NCBI GenBank assembly: GCA_013265495.1
Contig: MU058781.1
Location: forward strand, 10,149,009 to 10,213,008
Direction: 5' to 3'
From: Vicugna vicugna
Lineage: Eukaryota
DNA length: 64,000 nt
Below are positions 39,487 to 52,200 of this stretch, in pieces. The position numbers and the translations under genes are program-made. A model generated the notes under the pieces. The model ran no database searches. It was not told where the DNA came from and worked only from the letters and a program-made list of their open reading frames with translations. The number at the start of each line of letters is the position of its first letter. Within the stretch, counting starts at the first letter, position 1.

Positions 39487-39749
39487 AAAAGTTGAATATT
39501 TTAAAGGATCATTTCAAACCTTTGCATTATAAATACCATCAAACTTATCAGCAACTAAATTGCAGACTATTAAAACTAAAATTATTACTATAACAACTGG
39601 GCTCCTGGTATATTTGATTATATTTACTTAAAGTAGAAAATAAGTTCCTTATTGCCATTTAACTTGTTAAAATTATAAGTTAAAAAAATTTGTTACATAA
39701 CAGGGGACTAGTGTTACTTGGTGGAAATGGCATGAGTTTAAGAAAGAGA

Positions 39750-39960
39750 ACTCTTGGTTCCTAGTGCCAGGTTCACAGTCTTCTAAGATGTGGAGTATCA
39801 CTTTCGTGGAGTATTTAAGCATTCCGCACTTCAATTTCCCCATCTTTTAAACAGGGATAGTAGTCAGTGTCCTGCCTGTCTTATGGGAGTGTAATAGTAT
39901 TTAAGTGAGCAAATGGATGCCAAAGGCTTTGTAAATTATAATATGCTGCATAAACGCAAG
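39750..39960 (+). mobile_element. MIR SINE
   Basis: TGGTTCCTAGTGCCAGG..CTTCAATTTCCCCATCTTTTAAACAGGGATAGTAG..GGCTTTGTAAATTATAA. Confidence 0.6.
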
Positions 39961-41529
39961 GCACCGTTACCATTTTCTCTTCTGGTCGTGGTAGATCATT
40001 GCCACTCTTTAACAGATGATGGCTTTAAAGTAGATCATCATTTTCAACTTTTTTTCCAACTCTCTTGGCTATAATGTTAGACAAGGGAGGACCCTATCAG
40101 AGTCCGAGTAGGTGGATTGTGACATTTCTAATTTGCTGTCCTGTTTTGCTGACTTTATAATGTGTTTAGAGATCTATGATCCAAGGCTCCAGGAAGTAAA
40201 TCAAGTAGGAAATGGAAACAAAAGGTTGATGATAGAAATCTAAGCTTGAATTAACACAAAATTAATTAGAAAGTGAAGATTTTTATAATTCCTTTCTGCC
40301 TTAATGATTCTTGAGATGTTTATACCATTAAGGCATTGTTATAGAATATTTAATATAAACATAACTGAAAGTTATAAATGAATTTTTTGGAATACTAAAA
40401 TCAAGAATTTACAAACTCTTACTGTAATTTGTGAAAACATAAGTTACCCAAACAAGTCAACCCTTCTTAAACTCCTATTTTGATAGATTAACTAGACTGG
40501 GAGTGTTATTGCAGGGAAAACACTCTGTTCAAAAAACAAAAAGAGGTTAAAATCCTTTGTTAATTGCCATCAGGTTAAATGCTGTAGTAAGTAATTGTTC
40601 TCTGAGTAGTAGCTTCTCAAAAATGTCATTTCATTCCTTTTTTGCATGTTTCGCCAATTTGAATATTCCCCAAAGACAGTAGTATGCCTTCAGCATGAAT
40701 AAGATGATTATAGGATGACAGAATTTTTCTTGAGCGCCATTTCAAGAATCATCATATATACTTTGTCAACTTGCAGTTGGATGCCAGATGCATTAGGCTA
40801 TGAGACTAGTATTTAAAATAAAACAGAATAAGATAATTATGGAAAGTAACCAGTTGCAAAGTGAAAAGAGAAGTCTGCATACTATGTTTTAAAAAATTTA
40901 TTCTTGCATCCAAGAGCATGTGATTGAAGTTTAATGCTCCACTCAGTGACTTTTCTTTTCTCCTTCATGTCTCGTATTAATTCCCAGGTTATGAGATTAG
41001 GCAACTGTGATGCAATATTCACTTTCACTCCTGTGTCGGTCCCAGTAATCAAACCACAAACAGACTCCCCCCACCCCCAACTTGCTCTAATGAACACAAA
41101 TTTATATTTATAATTTTCTGTTGTCTCATATCGATGGAGAAATTTCCTTAGATAACTTTTTAAAAATACGCATGAAGAAAATCTACTCTTTAGGGAAAAG
41201 ATGTTACCTACTTAATGTGCATTTAGTGTTCAAGTTGTCCATAAACACAAATATTTTATTGCTTTGGACTCTGAAATGGGATAACTAGGTGACAATGGAA
41301 GTGCATTCATTATTTTTTTCAATGAGCAGAAATGAAAGAGAAAATTATGAGCTATATTATCATGTGTTCTGACTCTCAGATGTGGCAAAAAGGGATGCAG
41401 AATGTTATTGATTTTGTATTATTTATCATTGATTGATTATATTAGCATAAATTTATTTATGAATTTATCCTCCTGTGAATCCTGAGCTGCCTATCTGGAC
41501 TGCTCAGTTTTGGAACTAGATGGGAATCT

Positions 41530-41820
41530 GGCCAAGCATGGAGATTCATGACACAGGCAGAGTCCCCAAAGTCCCTGTCCTAGTAGGTCTTACATTTTAG
41601 TTTATAGGTACTAGAGAAAGCCCTCTCTGGGGAGGTGACGTTTGAGCTGAGTCCTGAACAGTGAGAAGGAAGAGTTGCTGGAGAGAGAGAGATCAACAAG
41701 TAGAAAGCCCAGTGGGAGGAAATGAGGTCTTATATATTTGAGGAACTGAAATAAGGCCACTTGCTCAAAGTGTAACAGTAAGGGGAAAGTGTTATAAGAT
41801 GAGGTCACAGGGCAGTTAGC
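41530..41820 (-). mobile_element. L2 fragment
   Basis: GAAAGCCCTCTCTGGGGAGGTGACGTTTGAGCTGAGTCCTGAA..TTTGAGGAACTGAAATAAGGCC..AGATGAGGTC. Confidence 0.75.
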
Positions 41821-42166
41821 ATGAGTCTAGCTGTTTGTGGAAATACATCTTTTTTTTTTCCACTTTAAAAGTATCAGTGAATATATAGTAAAAAATTAAT
41901 GTAACGAGCTACTCACGCCATCCCTAAGATATTCCCAGCATGCTTTGACCAGCTCACCTGACATTATCAGAAGATGAAAATGGCCATCATATTAGCATCG
42001 CTCTGCCCAATAGACACCACTCCGCTGAATGATGTATGAAATTAAGGGAAAGAAAGGTTGTTTGATCTATAGGTTGAGGATTTTTCAAAAATTCTGACAT
42101 GAAGGCATACTATAAAATTTGTTTTCCTTAATAGTGGAGAAATAAAGGATAGGGGCTCAAAATCCT

Positions 42167-42402
42167 TTTTTCTTCTATTTTTTTATTGAAGTATAGTTGA
42201 TTTACAATGTTGGTTTCAGATGTACAGCAAAGCAGTTCAGTTATACATATACATATATATATATACATGTGTTTTCAGATTCTTTCCCATTATAGCTTAT
42301 TACAAGAGATTGAATATAGTTCCTTGTGCTGTATAGTAGGTCTTTGTTTATCTATTTTATATATAGTACTGTGCATCTGTTAATCCCAAGCTCTTAATTT
42401 AT
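42167..42402 (-). mobile_element. Young L1 3' end
   Basis: T-rich tail followed by ATTGAAGTATAGTTGATTTACAATGTTGG..TGTTAATCCCAAGCTCTTAATTTA. Confidence 0.9.
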
Positions 42403-42597
42403 AATGTTACCTAGAAATTCTTAAGGATTTGGTTCTTAAAGAGAAATTACTCCATTCATCTAGACAATTTTCTATATTAGAAACAAATAGTGAAACAGCA
42501 TTCTGTTCAACTTTTTTTCCCCAGTTCTTTCTTTTAGGTAGAACAGGTGATCATGGCATCATATTTTTCAAATATTCGAAAATAGCAAACGTTGCCA

Positions 42598-42912
42598 TTT
42601 GCCAATCTCAAAACTCCCAAATTTATCTCTTCCCACCCCCTTTCCCCTGGTAACCATAAGACTGTTTACTGTGTCTGTGAGTCTGTTTCTGTTTGGTAGA
42701 TGATAACCACTATGTATAAAATAGAGTAAAAAACAAGTTTCTTCTGTGTAGCACACGGGACTATATTCAATATCTTATAATAACCTTTAATGAAAAAGAA
42801 TATGAAAATGAATATATGTATATATATGCATGACTGGAACATTATGCTGTATACCAGAAATTGACACATTGTAACTGACTACACATCAATTGAAAATAAA
42901 ATAGAATAAAAT
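42598..42912 (+). mobile_element. Young L1 3' end with 5' inversion (twin priming)
   Basis: 42598-~42700 is antisense L1 3' UTR and ~42701-42912 is the sense L1 end plus A-rich tail. TSD AAAATAGCAAACGTTGCCA (42579-42597) / AAAGTAGCAAATGTTGCCA (42913-42931). Confidence 0.9.
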
Positions 42913-43049
42913 AAAGTAGCAAATGTTGCCAAGCAACTTCTAAAATAAAGATTTTTGATCTTGACTTTAAGAGTTGAGGGAAGCCTTTTGAAATTGTATA
43001 GGTAATTTTTTACTTACCTGTGTATGTCCAAGTGTAGGGCACTAGAGTG

Positions 43050-43280
43050 GGCTGTCCAGCCAAGGAGATTCTAGAGCCACGCTTCGTGGGTTTAAATCCC
43101 AGCTCTGCTGCTTATTAGCATGTGACCTTTGATGAGTTACCTGTATGTGTCACCATGTCTTCATTTGAAAAATTGGTATAATAGTGTTACCAATCTGATA
43201 GAATTATTGTGATGCTTAAATGATTCAGTGAGTATCTAGCATATACTACAGTGCCTGGAACATGATCAACATTTCTTATT
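43050..43280 (+). mobile_element. MIR SINE
   Basis: GGGTTTAAATCCCAGCTCTGCTGCTTATTAGCATGTGACCTT..ACAGTGCCTGGAACAT. Confidence 0.85.
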
Positions 43281-45439
43281 ATGTGAATTTTTCTAGAAAG
43301 AGAGTCTATGCAAAACCCTCTCGCCCCCTCACCCCAAATAGAGTTAAGAACTAACATGTGAGCACTTCAGGAAAGATTATTTTTTGAAGGGCAATAGGCT
43401 GACATGTTGAGGTAATTAAAATCTCAATCTGGGCTTGTTATTTCCTCTCTGAGGATATATATACTCATTATTCTGATCTTTTTTCAATACCACTAAAGTT
43501 AACATCGTACCTTCCTTTATTACTAATTTCTCTCAGTGTCATATTAAAGATTTTGTTCCAGTAAAAATACTAATAACTCTCAGCCTTGAAGCCTACTTCG
43601 AATATGGCATTATCTATCATGAAGGAGAAAAAGAACTCGAGTTTGTTTAAATAGAACTTTAAAAATAATCTTTAGTTAAAGCAATTATGTTTCCAAAAAA
43701 ATAGTCCTCTCTGTTTTTCCTTTAATTGACCTTTCTATTGAGCTCCCACTCTGGAATCCTTCTGCTAATTCTAAACTACAGAGTTCTCCCCACCAGTAGT
43801 AACTGCTAAGTACTTGTGTATGTCAGTGTGGTTGGAACATAGTAGAGAGAGAGACTTTCAAAACTCTAAGGAGAGGAGTGTTTGAGTTGAGTTTTCTTTT
43901 TCTCTTTGCTACTTCCTGCGATGCTCAAGGATCACTGGGCAGGAGGGGAGGGTCAGGCGTGTTTCTTAAACCCACGTGAACCATCTCATCTTGTGTTGAG
44001 TTCTGCAGTTGTGATAAAGCTGAAGAGTACCTGCCCTGGTGCAAGAAAGAGACAAAATTTCACAGAAAGAAATGCAATGTATTGTGGTCATATCTCAACA
44101 GTCCTCTTTCATAATTTATTTAACATACAATGTAACTGAAAACAACTTGTGTGTTTATATGTTTGTACGCATCCAACAAAAGAAGTCAGAAAACTATTTA
44201 AATCAAATATGAAATCCCCTATTTAAATCATGGCCAGAGTTAAATAAGCATTTGTGTGCTAGTCTGGGAGTCTAACATTTATTCATCACAGCTTCTGTGA
44301 ACAAAAGCATTACATTGTTCACATCATCAACTTACCAATAAATGTTTTAACCCACAAACTCTTTGTAAGCAGGGTGATCCCTGAATATAAATCTACATTT
44401 CAGCAGGTACTTTTCAGTATTGCTCTGTCTTCCACCTCTCATTTCTATACTGTTTTGCCTTCTGGCAAATTTTCTCATGAGTACAACACTTCATTAGTCT
44501 GATTGACAGAGTCTGGCCACATCTGTTCAATTTGTCTGTACAGCGTTGAATTAAGGCTATCATTGACAGGACTCCAAGAAGCAAGATTAAAGCCAATTCA
44601 GTATCGACTTTTACCTTGTCCCCTAATCCTGGTCCTGGACCCAACCAGCTGAACAAATCCCACAAACAATCAGGATCTAACTTAGAAATCCAGGTAGCTT
44701 TCTCTTTGTTTCCATGTTAACTTTTCCTTTGGATTCAGTGCAATAATTCAGGTACAGTAGGATGCATTCGTGATGGCTCAGACTCTGCCTTTACCTTCAG
44801 GGAGGATGTCTACATCACTCATAAAAGCCTGGTGAGTTAGTTGAGGCTCATCTGAGTTGAGGCTCATTCCTTCCAGGGCCAAGGTGGTATAATTGATCAA
44901 TGTAACTGAAGTCAAGGAAGGACAGATTTTATACGCACTTTTGTAAATGGATGACTAACATTGTAGTTTTGAGGAGGGAGATAAATTAATGTCTGGCTTC
45001 TACACAAAACAGAGAATCCCAAGACTGTGCATGGGAACTCTGGAAAAAACAGTGTTGTTTACAATTGTTGGGATTTCCTATATGGGACCTACATCATTCA
45101 GGGTACACAGATTAACATAACTCCCAAGGTAGTCTCCCAGCTAGCTGGTAGACCTTGGAATTCCTAGTTCCATACAAAAAATTGAGTCTAGTCCTTGTTT
45201 GTTGAAGGAGTCAGTCCAGTTGGATCTGTTTATCTGCGTCACTACCCGGGTGGTGTTCATTTATGCTATGGAATGCCTGAGAAAGGCGAGGTGGGATGCA
45301 GGGAGGCAGCTGAAGATGTTTTGCATGAGAGGAGCAGGAACTGAGACCCCTTGCTTTTTCCTGCAGACTCTCAGCAAGGTTAAAAGGAACTGCAGTTGAG
45401 TCATGGTTGGCATCTTCCATCAGGGGATGATAAACCCAT

Positions 45440-46050
45440 AAATCAGAGAGAAACAGGTGAGGGACTAACAAAATAAGTGAGTCCCAGGTATGAAATACAT
45501 GGTGTGGGGAATATAGTCAATAATGATGTGATATCATTTTATGTGACAGGTGACAACTAGACTTCTCATGGTGATCATTTCAAAATGTATAGAAATATTG
45601 AATCCCTATATTATGCACCCATAACTAGCACAGTATTATAGATTAATTATACTTTAAAAACAAACTCATAGAATAAAGGATCAGATGTGTGGTTACCAGA
45701 GGCAGGGTGAGGGTCGGGGGACTGTAGTGAAAATAGTCCAAATGTAAGAATTTCCATTGCATAAGATAAATAAGTACTAGGGATGGTAATGCATAACATG
45801 AAAAATATAATTAACACTGTTATATATTACATATGGAAGTTGTTAAGAGAGCAAATCCAAAGAGTTCTCATCACGAGGAAAAAAATTTTTTTCTATTTCT
45901 TTACTGTTGTGTCTATGTGAGGTGATGGATGTTCACTAAACTTACTGTGGTACTCACTTCATGATGTATGTGAATCAAGTCATTAATGCTGTATGCCTTA
46001 TACAGTGCTGTATGTCAAATATATCTCAATTAAGCTAGAAGAAGAAAAGT
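45440..46050 (+). mobile_element. L1MA9-like (laurasiatherian) L1 3' UTR
   Basis: GGTTACCAGAGGC..TAAGATAAATAAGTACTAGGGATG..GTTGTTAAGAGAGCAAATCC..GAGTTCTCATCAC..ATATCTCAAT. Confidence 0.85.
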
Positions 46051-47159
46051 ATTAAATTAGTACAAATGTTTCAATATGTCAAAGTGAAAAAATTAAAAAT
46101 AATTAAAAGCAATATACCTGGTATCCATGTCAGGAAAGTGACAAGTCCGAAACCTCAAGGGGCACTTCCAGATGGAAGCTGCCTTCCTTTTCCTGAGGCT
46201 CCTTTAGGAAGATTCATTAGTTTCAGAGATGAGAATCTCCAAGAGGACATTAGGGTTATGGAGCCTCAAAGGTAGAGGGTATATCAGTGCAGGCTGTTGG
46301 TTTGGTTCCCATTCAAAGGATGCTGATTTGGGGGGTCACTAATATAAATGACCAAGTAGAAAGTACAGGTGAGGAACACACTGTGCAAAGATTCCAGTAA
46401 GATCCTGGGTGGCTCGGTGTTGGGGGCTGAAGAGAGAGTGTTCGATAGCTGGAAGGACTGAACATTGTGAATCCAATCAAGTGGCCCCAGTAAATTTCAT
46501 GTGTTGAGTGGTCCCCTGAAGTTGATCAAGGTTTGTCAGCTACCCCTGTTGGCAGAGGTATGATAACACTGTAGTCCAGGCCATTGAGACTGAGGCTTCT
46601 GACTTGCCTCCTAGCAGGACATTCATTGTCTATGTTAACAAAAGCTTTGGAAATCAGAGGCACTTGTGCTAAATCTTGAACCAGCCACTGGTGGCAAATG
46701 GCAGGGAAGTTTATACTACTAGGACTTCTCTATATGCTGCTGTTTCCAATCAGAAGAATCTCTTTATGGGCCAAGGATATACAAGCATATAACTCATTGG
46801 ATATAACATTCAGATGTGAAAACAACCAAAAATACATTGAATTGGCATAAGACTTACATTAGCCTCTCAGTGTCACTGTGGACCCTTCCCAGACCACCTC
46901 AGTTGAATTTAGATCCTTCAGGGACCAGGCCAGATGGTGATTTTGATTTTGGTGCCTGTATCCTATGGTTTCCTAAAACCTTGAGTCCTTCCTCTTTGCA
47001 GGGTTTGCCAGCTAACTCAGACCGATTCATATCTCTTTACTCCCCCTTGAGGACAAGGAAACCTTAGCCCAAACCCTAATCATTTTTTTACCCTTAAAGA
47101 ACTAAGGTCAAGGAGTGGGGCAGAAGGTAATCAGGAGATACTGAGGGAGACAGTAGGTC

Positions 47160-47755
47160 TGTGACAGTTAGCAAGTCACAGTGACTGCTTGTGGCTCAAC
47201 CAAATGAACTTAACAAAGCTTTCTGTCCACCCAAAGTCCAACATGAGTTTTGGGGACCCCTTGACCCTTCCTCCTCTAGCTTGGAGTTAACCTGCTACAG
47301 TTCTATGAAAATTGCCAGCAGACATGAGACTCCTGGGTCAGAGACAAAGAACTTTATTACTGGTGGCACAACATGAACTTAATGTACCCCCTGGTTCCTC
47401 ATGCCCTTGAAGGCTCACAGGAGTCACTCAGAGGGGCCATGGTGCATGCTGTGTCTACACTGGGCTTGGGTCTCAGCTAAGTGACCCTGAGCTTGAGAAA
47501 ACCTCAATCTATTAAAAGGAGCTGTACCCAAAGCTGTGTAACCTTTGTTCCAGAAAAGACATTGTCTTTATTAGAGTAGACAGCAAACCAACTTGTCCCC
47601 TGCTCCAAAAGGAAGACGTAATTTCTGTCTTCCTAGGCTGTTCTCTGTACAAACATCCCTGAAAAGATAAACCATAAGAAAAAGCAATCAGTGACTCTAC
47701 TTGTAAGCTATGCAGATAATTCTCAGAGTGACCCACTGAGAGTTATCTCCCCACA
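47160..47755 (-). mobile_element. ERVL-class LTR (MER74/MER54/MER73-like)
   Basis: Minus strand begins TGTGGGGAGATAACTCTC..TATCTTTTCAGGGATGTTTGTACAGAGAACAGCC. GAGACTCCTGGGTCAGAGACAAAGAACTTTATTACT is the poly(A) region. Left boundary approximate. Confidence 0.65.
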
Positions 47756-48948
47756 TACCTAATTCATCATGCTATTGGGATGATTAAATGAGATAAGTTG
47801 GCTTATAAAGCATTCAACCAATATTAGTCATCATTATTATGTTATTTTAATTCTTATAGAGGAAGACTTATTCTTTAAAAATAGAGTTAATTTATTATTT
47901 AAAGACATTTCGATTTATTAAGTTTAATAAAAGAAGTTTAAAAATGTTTAATAAAGAAAAATACAACTGTATATGCAAGTAATGTTTTGGACGCTTAAAG
48001 AACTCTGTATGCCCATAGAATATAAAAATGCTATTCAAGTCTTAGTGTACAGAAGATTCTAAAGAGGGTGTATATGAATAAAAAACAGTTCCTGACCTCT
48101 TATAATACATGGGTTTATGCATTTTAATATGGTTAGGTTTTTTCCACAGTTAGAGCAGTTTAAATTGAGTGCTTTAAGTTAGTGATATATTAATAATTAA
48201 TATATTATCAGCAAACATTTTGCTTAGGAAAGCTGATAATTTTTTGTATTATTTCCAGAGCCCTAAATGGTGTTTTTCACAGCCTTTAGACATATTTATC
48301 AGTCTCTTGTATGTGTTAACAAATTCTTGTTTTTCAGTTCGGAAAATATTTGTGTCGACATCTGCTTCTCCCCATCTCTAACCCTTTCCCTCAGCTTAGT
48401 CATAGAATTTAAGATTTGTGGAAATTTGGGTGAGGAAAATAGTCCCTGTATTTGTAGTATCACTCCTTAAGTGAGCCTTAATATTTTTCTATGTTTTCAT
48501 CATGTATAATTTTAAACATATACAAAAGTAGAGAAAATAATACAATGAACTTGGTTTACCTATCACTGAACTTCGATAAATTATCAATTCATAGCCAATC
48601 TTATTTCATCTCTACTCCATGGAACAGGAGCCTTTCCCTCTTTGAATTATTTTAAAACTAATCCCAGATGGAGTATTATTTCATCTGTAAATATATCAGT
48701 AAATTTCTCTAATACTTAAGGACATAGCTACAATGCCTTAATCACACTTAGAACTTAATAATGTCTTAATGTCATCAACTATCTAATCAAGTTCACATTT
48801 CATCAACTACCTTAAAATACAGTTTTTATTTCAGTTTAGTTGTTTAATTTATTAATTAGTTAACAGATACATTTGAGTTGGGATTCAAATAAAGCCCTGA
48901 TGTCAAGATACATGTTTCTTAGTTCTCTTAAAAGAGCCAAAAGGCAAC

Positions 48949-49182
48949 TTTTTTTAAAAGTTGAAATATAGTCGATTTACAGTGTTGTGTTAGTTTCTGG
49001 TGTGCAGCTTAGTGATTCAATTATACATACATACATATATATATATATTTCCTTTTCAAATTCTTTTTGATAGGCTATTATGAGCTATTGAATGTAGTTC
49101 TCTGTGCTACACAGTAGAACCTTGTTGTTTATCTGTTTTATATATAGTAGTTAGTATCTGCAAATCCTGAACTCTCAATTTA
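48949..49182 (-). mobile_element. Young L1 3' end nested in the older L1
   Basis: PolyT followed by TTGAAATATAGTCGATTTACAGTGTTGTGTTAGTTTCTGGTGTGCAG..CAAATCCTGAACTCTCAATTTA. Confidence 0.9.
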
Positions 49183-49249
49183 AAATGTTGCCTGGTAACC
49201 ATGGGGGTGGGGACAGTGGTTTCCCCCCATGGTTACCAGGCAACATTTT
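49182..49249. repeat. Perfect 26-bp inverted repeat with 16-nt spacer
   Basis: AAAATGTTGCCTGGTAACCATGGGGG (49182-49207) is the exact reverse complement of CCCCCATGGTTACCAGGCAACATTTT (49224-49249). Confidence 0.97.
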
Positions 49250-52200
49250 CTGGTTGAAGAATTCAGATCATTTGTCCTGTGGAGTTTTCCACATTCTGGA
49301 TTTTCCTAATTTTATCCCTGTGGTTTCATCTGCCGTATTCTCTGTCCCTTGCATTTCTTACATCTAAAGACCTGATAAGATTCAAGTTCATTTTGCTTTT
49401 TATTGGTTTGTCTATTTTGATGAGACAACCGCAAAGGTGAAATTGTGTAGGAGGTGATGCTATCAACAATTAATGACTAGTACTGGATCTCTTCTTTCAT
49501 AAGGGCTTACGACATGGGGGTATTCTCAATTTATTATTTCTATAAAAAGAGACTTCCTCTCATCAATGATCTGTTTCTCCTGTGGTACCCCCTACAAAGA
49601 AAAACCAGGATAACTGCTTGCATCTTTCTCTTTATTTACTGGTTCACATAATGATGAAATGTTTTCTTAGCATCTAAAGTGAACAATTAGGTCTTTTTTA
49701 AGCACCCTTATAAACACACAAACTTAAGCATATTTTATTTTCTAGCTAAGGCAGTTTTTATCTTTACTGATGGTTAAATTATTCCATTTTTTGCTAGTGA
49801 GAATTTATCCAGATTGGCTGCTAAGTCTTTTGATAAAGAAGCATCTTCTTTTCTTGTATAAAATGGTATCCATGCTTATTTTGTATTTTTTGCCCCAGAT
49901 CTGGAATCAGCAGTTTCTCCAAGAAGCCTATACCTTTTTATGGAAAATAATATTTATAGGCCATAATCATGACATTTTTAAGGGAAGAAACCATGCAATC
50001 TAGTTTGGGCGATCCAGGAAACCAGTAAAAGACTGGGTTATGTTTGATACGAGACAAAGAAAAACAGGAGGAAAGATGTTGGAAGAATGTCTACTTTTCT
50101 GCTTTATGAACCAAGTCATAATATTCATGTTTCTAAAAAGCCCAAGAAAGATTTAAGCCAAATGACATTCTTTGTTTCAGATAAGAAAGCATAGTAGTTC
50201 TGTTTGCCTGAGTGCACATTTATAACCTCAGAATTTTTATCAAGTGAAAAATTCTTAGTACTGCCCTTAAGTACCTCTTTAAAAACTGAATTTGCTTTGA
50301 GAAAATGTTTAAAAAACCAGGCGTGATTTCCTACTGATGTGACTGATTTAATAATGGTCCTCTTCATTTGGTTTATGCAGCCTTATTTGAACTGCTTGCT
50401 CTAGCCTGGTTTAAGCTTGATACCATAATGTGGTCTATTTTCTGTGGGTAGGATGCTAAGGAGGGAGCTGAAGTGAGCAGAGCACATGTTATCCTCTGTG
50501 ATCCCCAGCGCTGGGGCAGCTCTGCCTTTGGTGACCTGCAATCACGGAGCCCGTGGACGGGCAGCTCCTAGCTTGGATGTGCATTTTGATGAGGCTCCCA
50601 TGACAAATCTAATGGAAGGGTCTGGCTAGCTGATGCGTAGCTGGCCTGCTGCCCTCATTTAACACACAATGCATTTCTCATTTCACATACCATAGTCTAT
50701 TTATGGATTCCGCTCAGACTCTCTCAGAAAATAAGATATATTTTTGGCTTGTTTAATAAAACTGGACACAGGAAACGGAGGAAGGGAATTGATCAAATTC
50801 TCAGCCACGTTTTAGCATACAGATGGTAACGATAGGAGGTGTTAGTGGCCAAAAAAAAAAAAAGAGAGTTTATCGGGAAGATTTGCTTGAGTGAATTTTG
50901 ATTCTGTTTCCAGCAGACCTCCTCACATGGCATTGTTTATGCAAATAGGCCCTCTTTTCAGAAACCGTCTGGCTTCAGAAAGCCCCTGTCAGTAGAGCAT
51001 AAAAGCTAAGTTGTACAGCAGCAGTTAGCAGACCTGAAAGGCTGGCTGAATGGGGCAGTGGATGCAATAGGCAGGCAGGCTGACAAACAGAGGAGCCATT
51101 CTTCTCTGGGTCCCCGTGGTGTGCAGAGAGGCAGCAGACCCCAGAGGAGGACAGAAAAGGCGTGGAGAAAAGGGGCAGTCACCCTTCTGCTAGACAGAAA
51201 GAAAACCTCCAGTCACAGTGGCCCAGGACTGCACCCGCAAGTGTGCTGAAAAGACAGAAACAGATTTCACCCTTCCTACTTCATTTTTAGTGGCTCTGAT
51301 ATAGGGAAATATTTTTTATTTTTATTCTATCATCTCACCTTTTACTCCTCTTAGGTAAGATCTAGGGAAAGGAAGAAAGAGTGTTATTTAGTCACTTACA
51401 AAAAATGAAACATGCTTTGGCTTCCATTTTCCTTTTCATTTGTAGCCTGACTAGCATTTCTTAGGGGAACAGATGAGTCAATTTTATGAATATTGATGGC
51501 AGGGGTGGAATGGGAAACCTGAAGGTTTTTTCCTTGGTAATCCATATTTTCCTAGATAGTGTGCTGGGTGCAGAAAAGCAGGAAATCTCCATTTCATTGC
51601 AGACTGCTTGTATTTACGTGTGTTTATACACACACAGAGAGAGAGAGGGAGGGAGAGAACACTGTCCTGTATGTTGTATGTATACCATTCATGGATTGGT
51701 CTAAAAATATAAATACTGCACTAAGAACAATGACTTTATCAATCAAATAGCAGGGAACAAAGAATCATCAATTCTGAAGTAGGTTTTTGTTCTCATAGAA
51801 GATATTTTATTTGTTTTTTCTCTTTGTGAGGAACACAGCTTTTCCCAGAGAATTTTCTAGAAGCAGAGGAAGCATAAAATCAGAAGTGGCTGAGAAGTCA
51901 ATGGATTGAATAACAGTTGATTTAATTTTTCCCTAACATCATTTATGACAACTTGGTTTAGAAAGAGCTCAGATTTTCCTTTTTTCGTATGAATGAATAT
52001 TTTTTCTTAATTGAACATGTCAGCATATGTAGTGATATAGATTGTGTAATGTAATATGGTTGTGTATAAATACAGAAAACATCGACACTTCAGTAATGAA
52101 CACATACTCTTTACTTCCATATAGGGTAGTGTTTACTGCATCTATTCTGGCCACGGCTTTTGGAGTATTATTTATTCTTTTTTGACTTGTATAGAAAGCT

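Larger units (their letters stand above)
48495..49960 (-). mobile_element. Old L1MC/MD-like 3' region, interrupted by a younger L1
   Basis: TACAAAAGTAGAGAAAATAATACAATGAAC..ATAGCCAATCTTATTTCATCT and CCCAGATCTGGAATCAGCAGTTTCTCCAAGAAGCC. Confidence 0.7.

Noticed and set aside
46100..47159. ERV internal sequence adjoining the ERVL LTR
   Set aside because: I could not find a primer-binding site or translatable gag/pol/env motif, so it cannot be supported without a database search.
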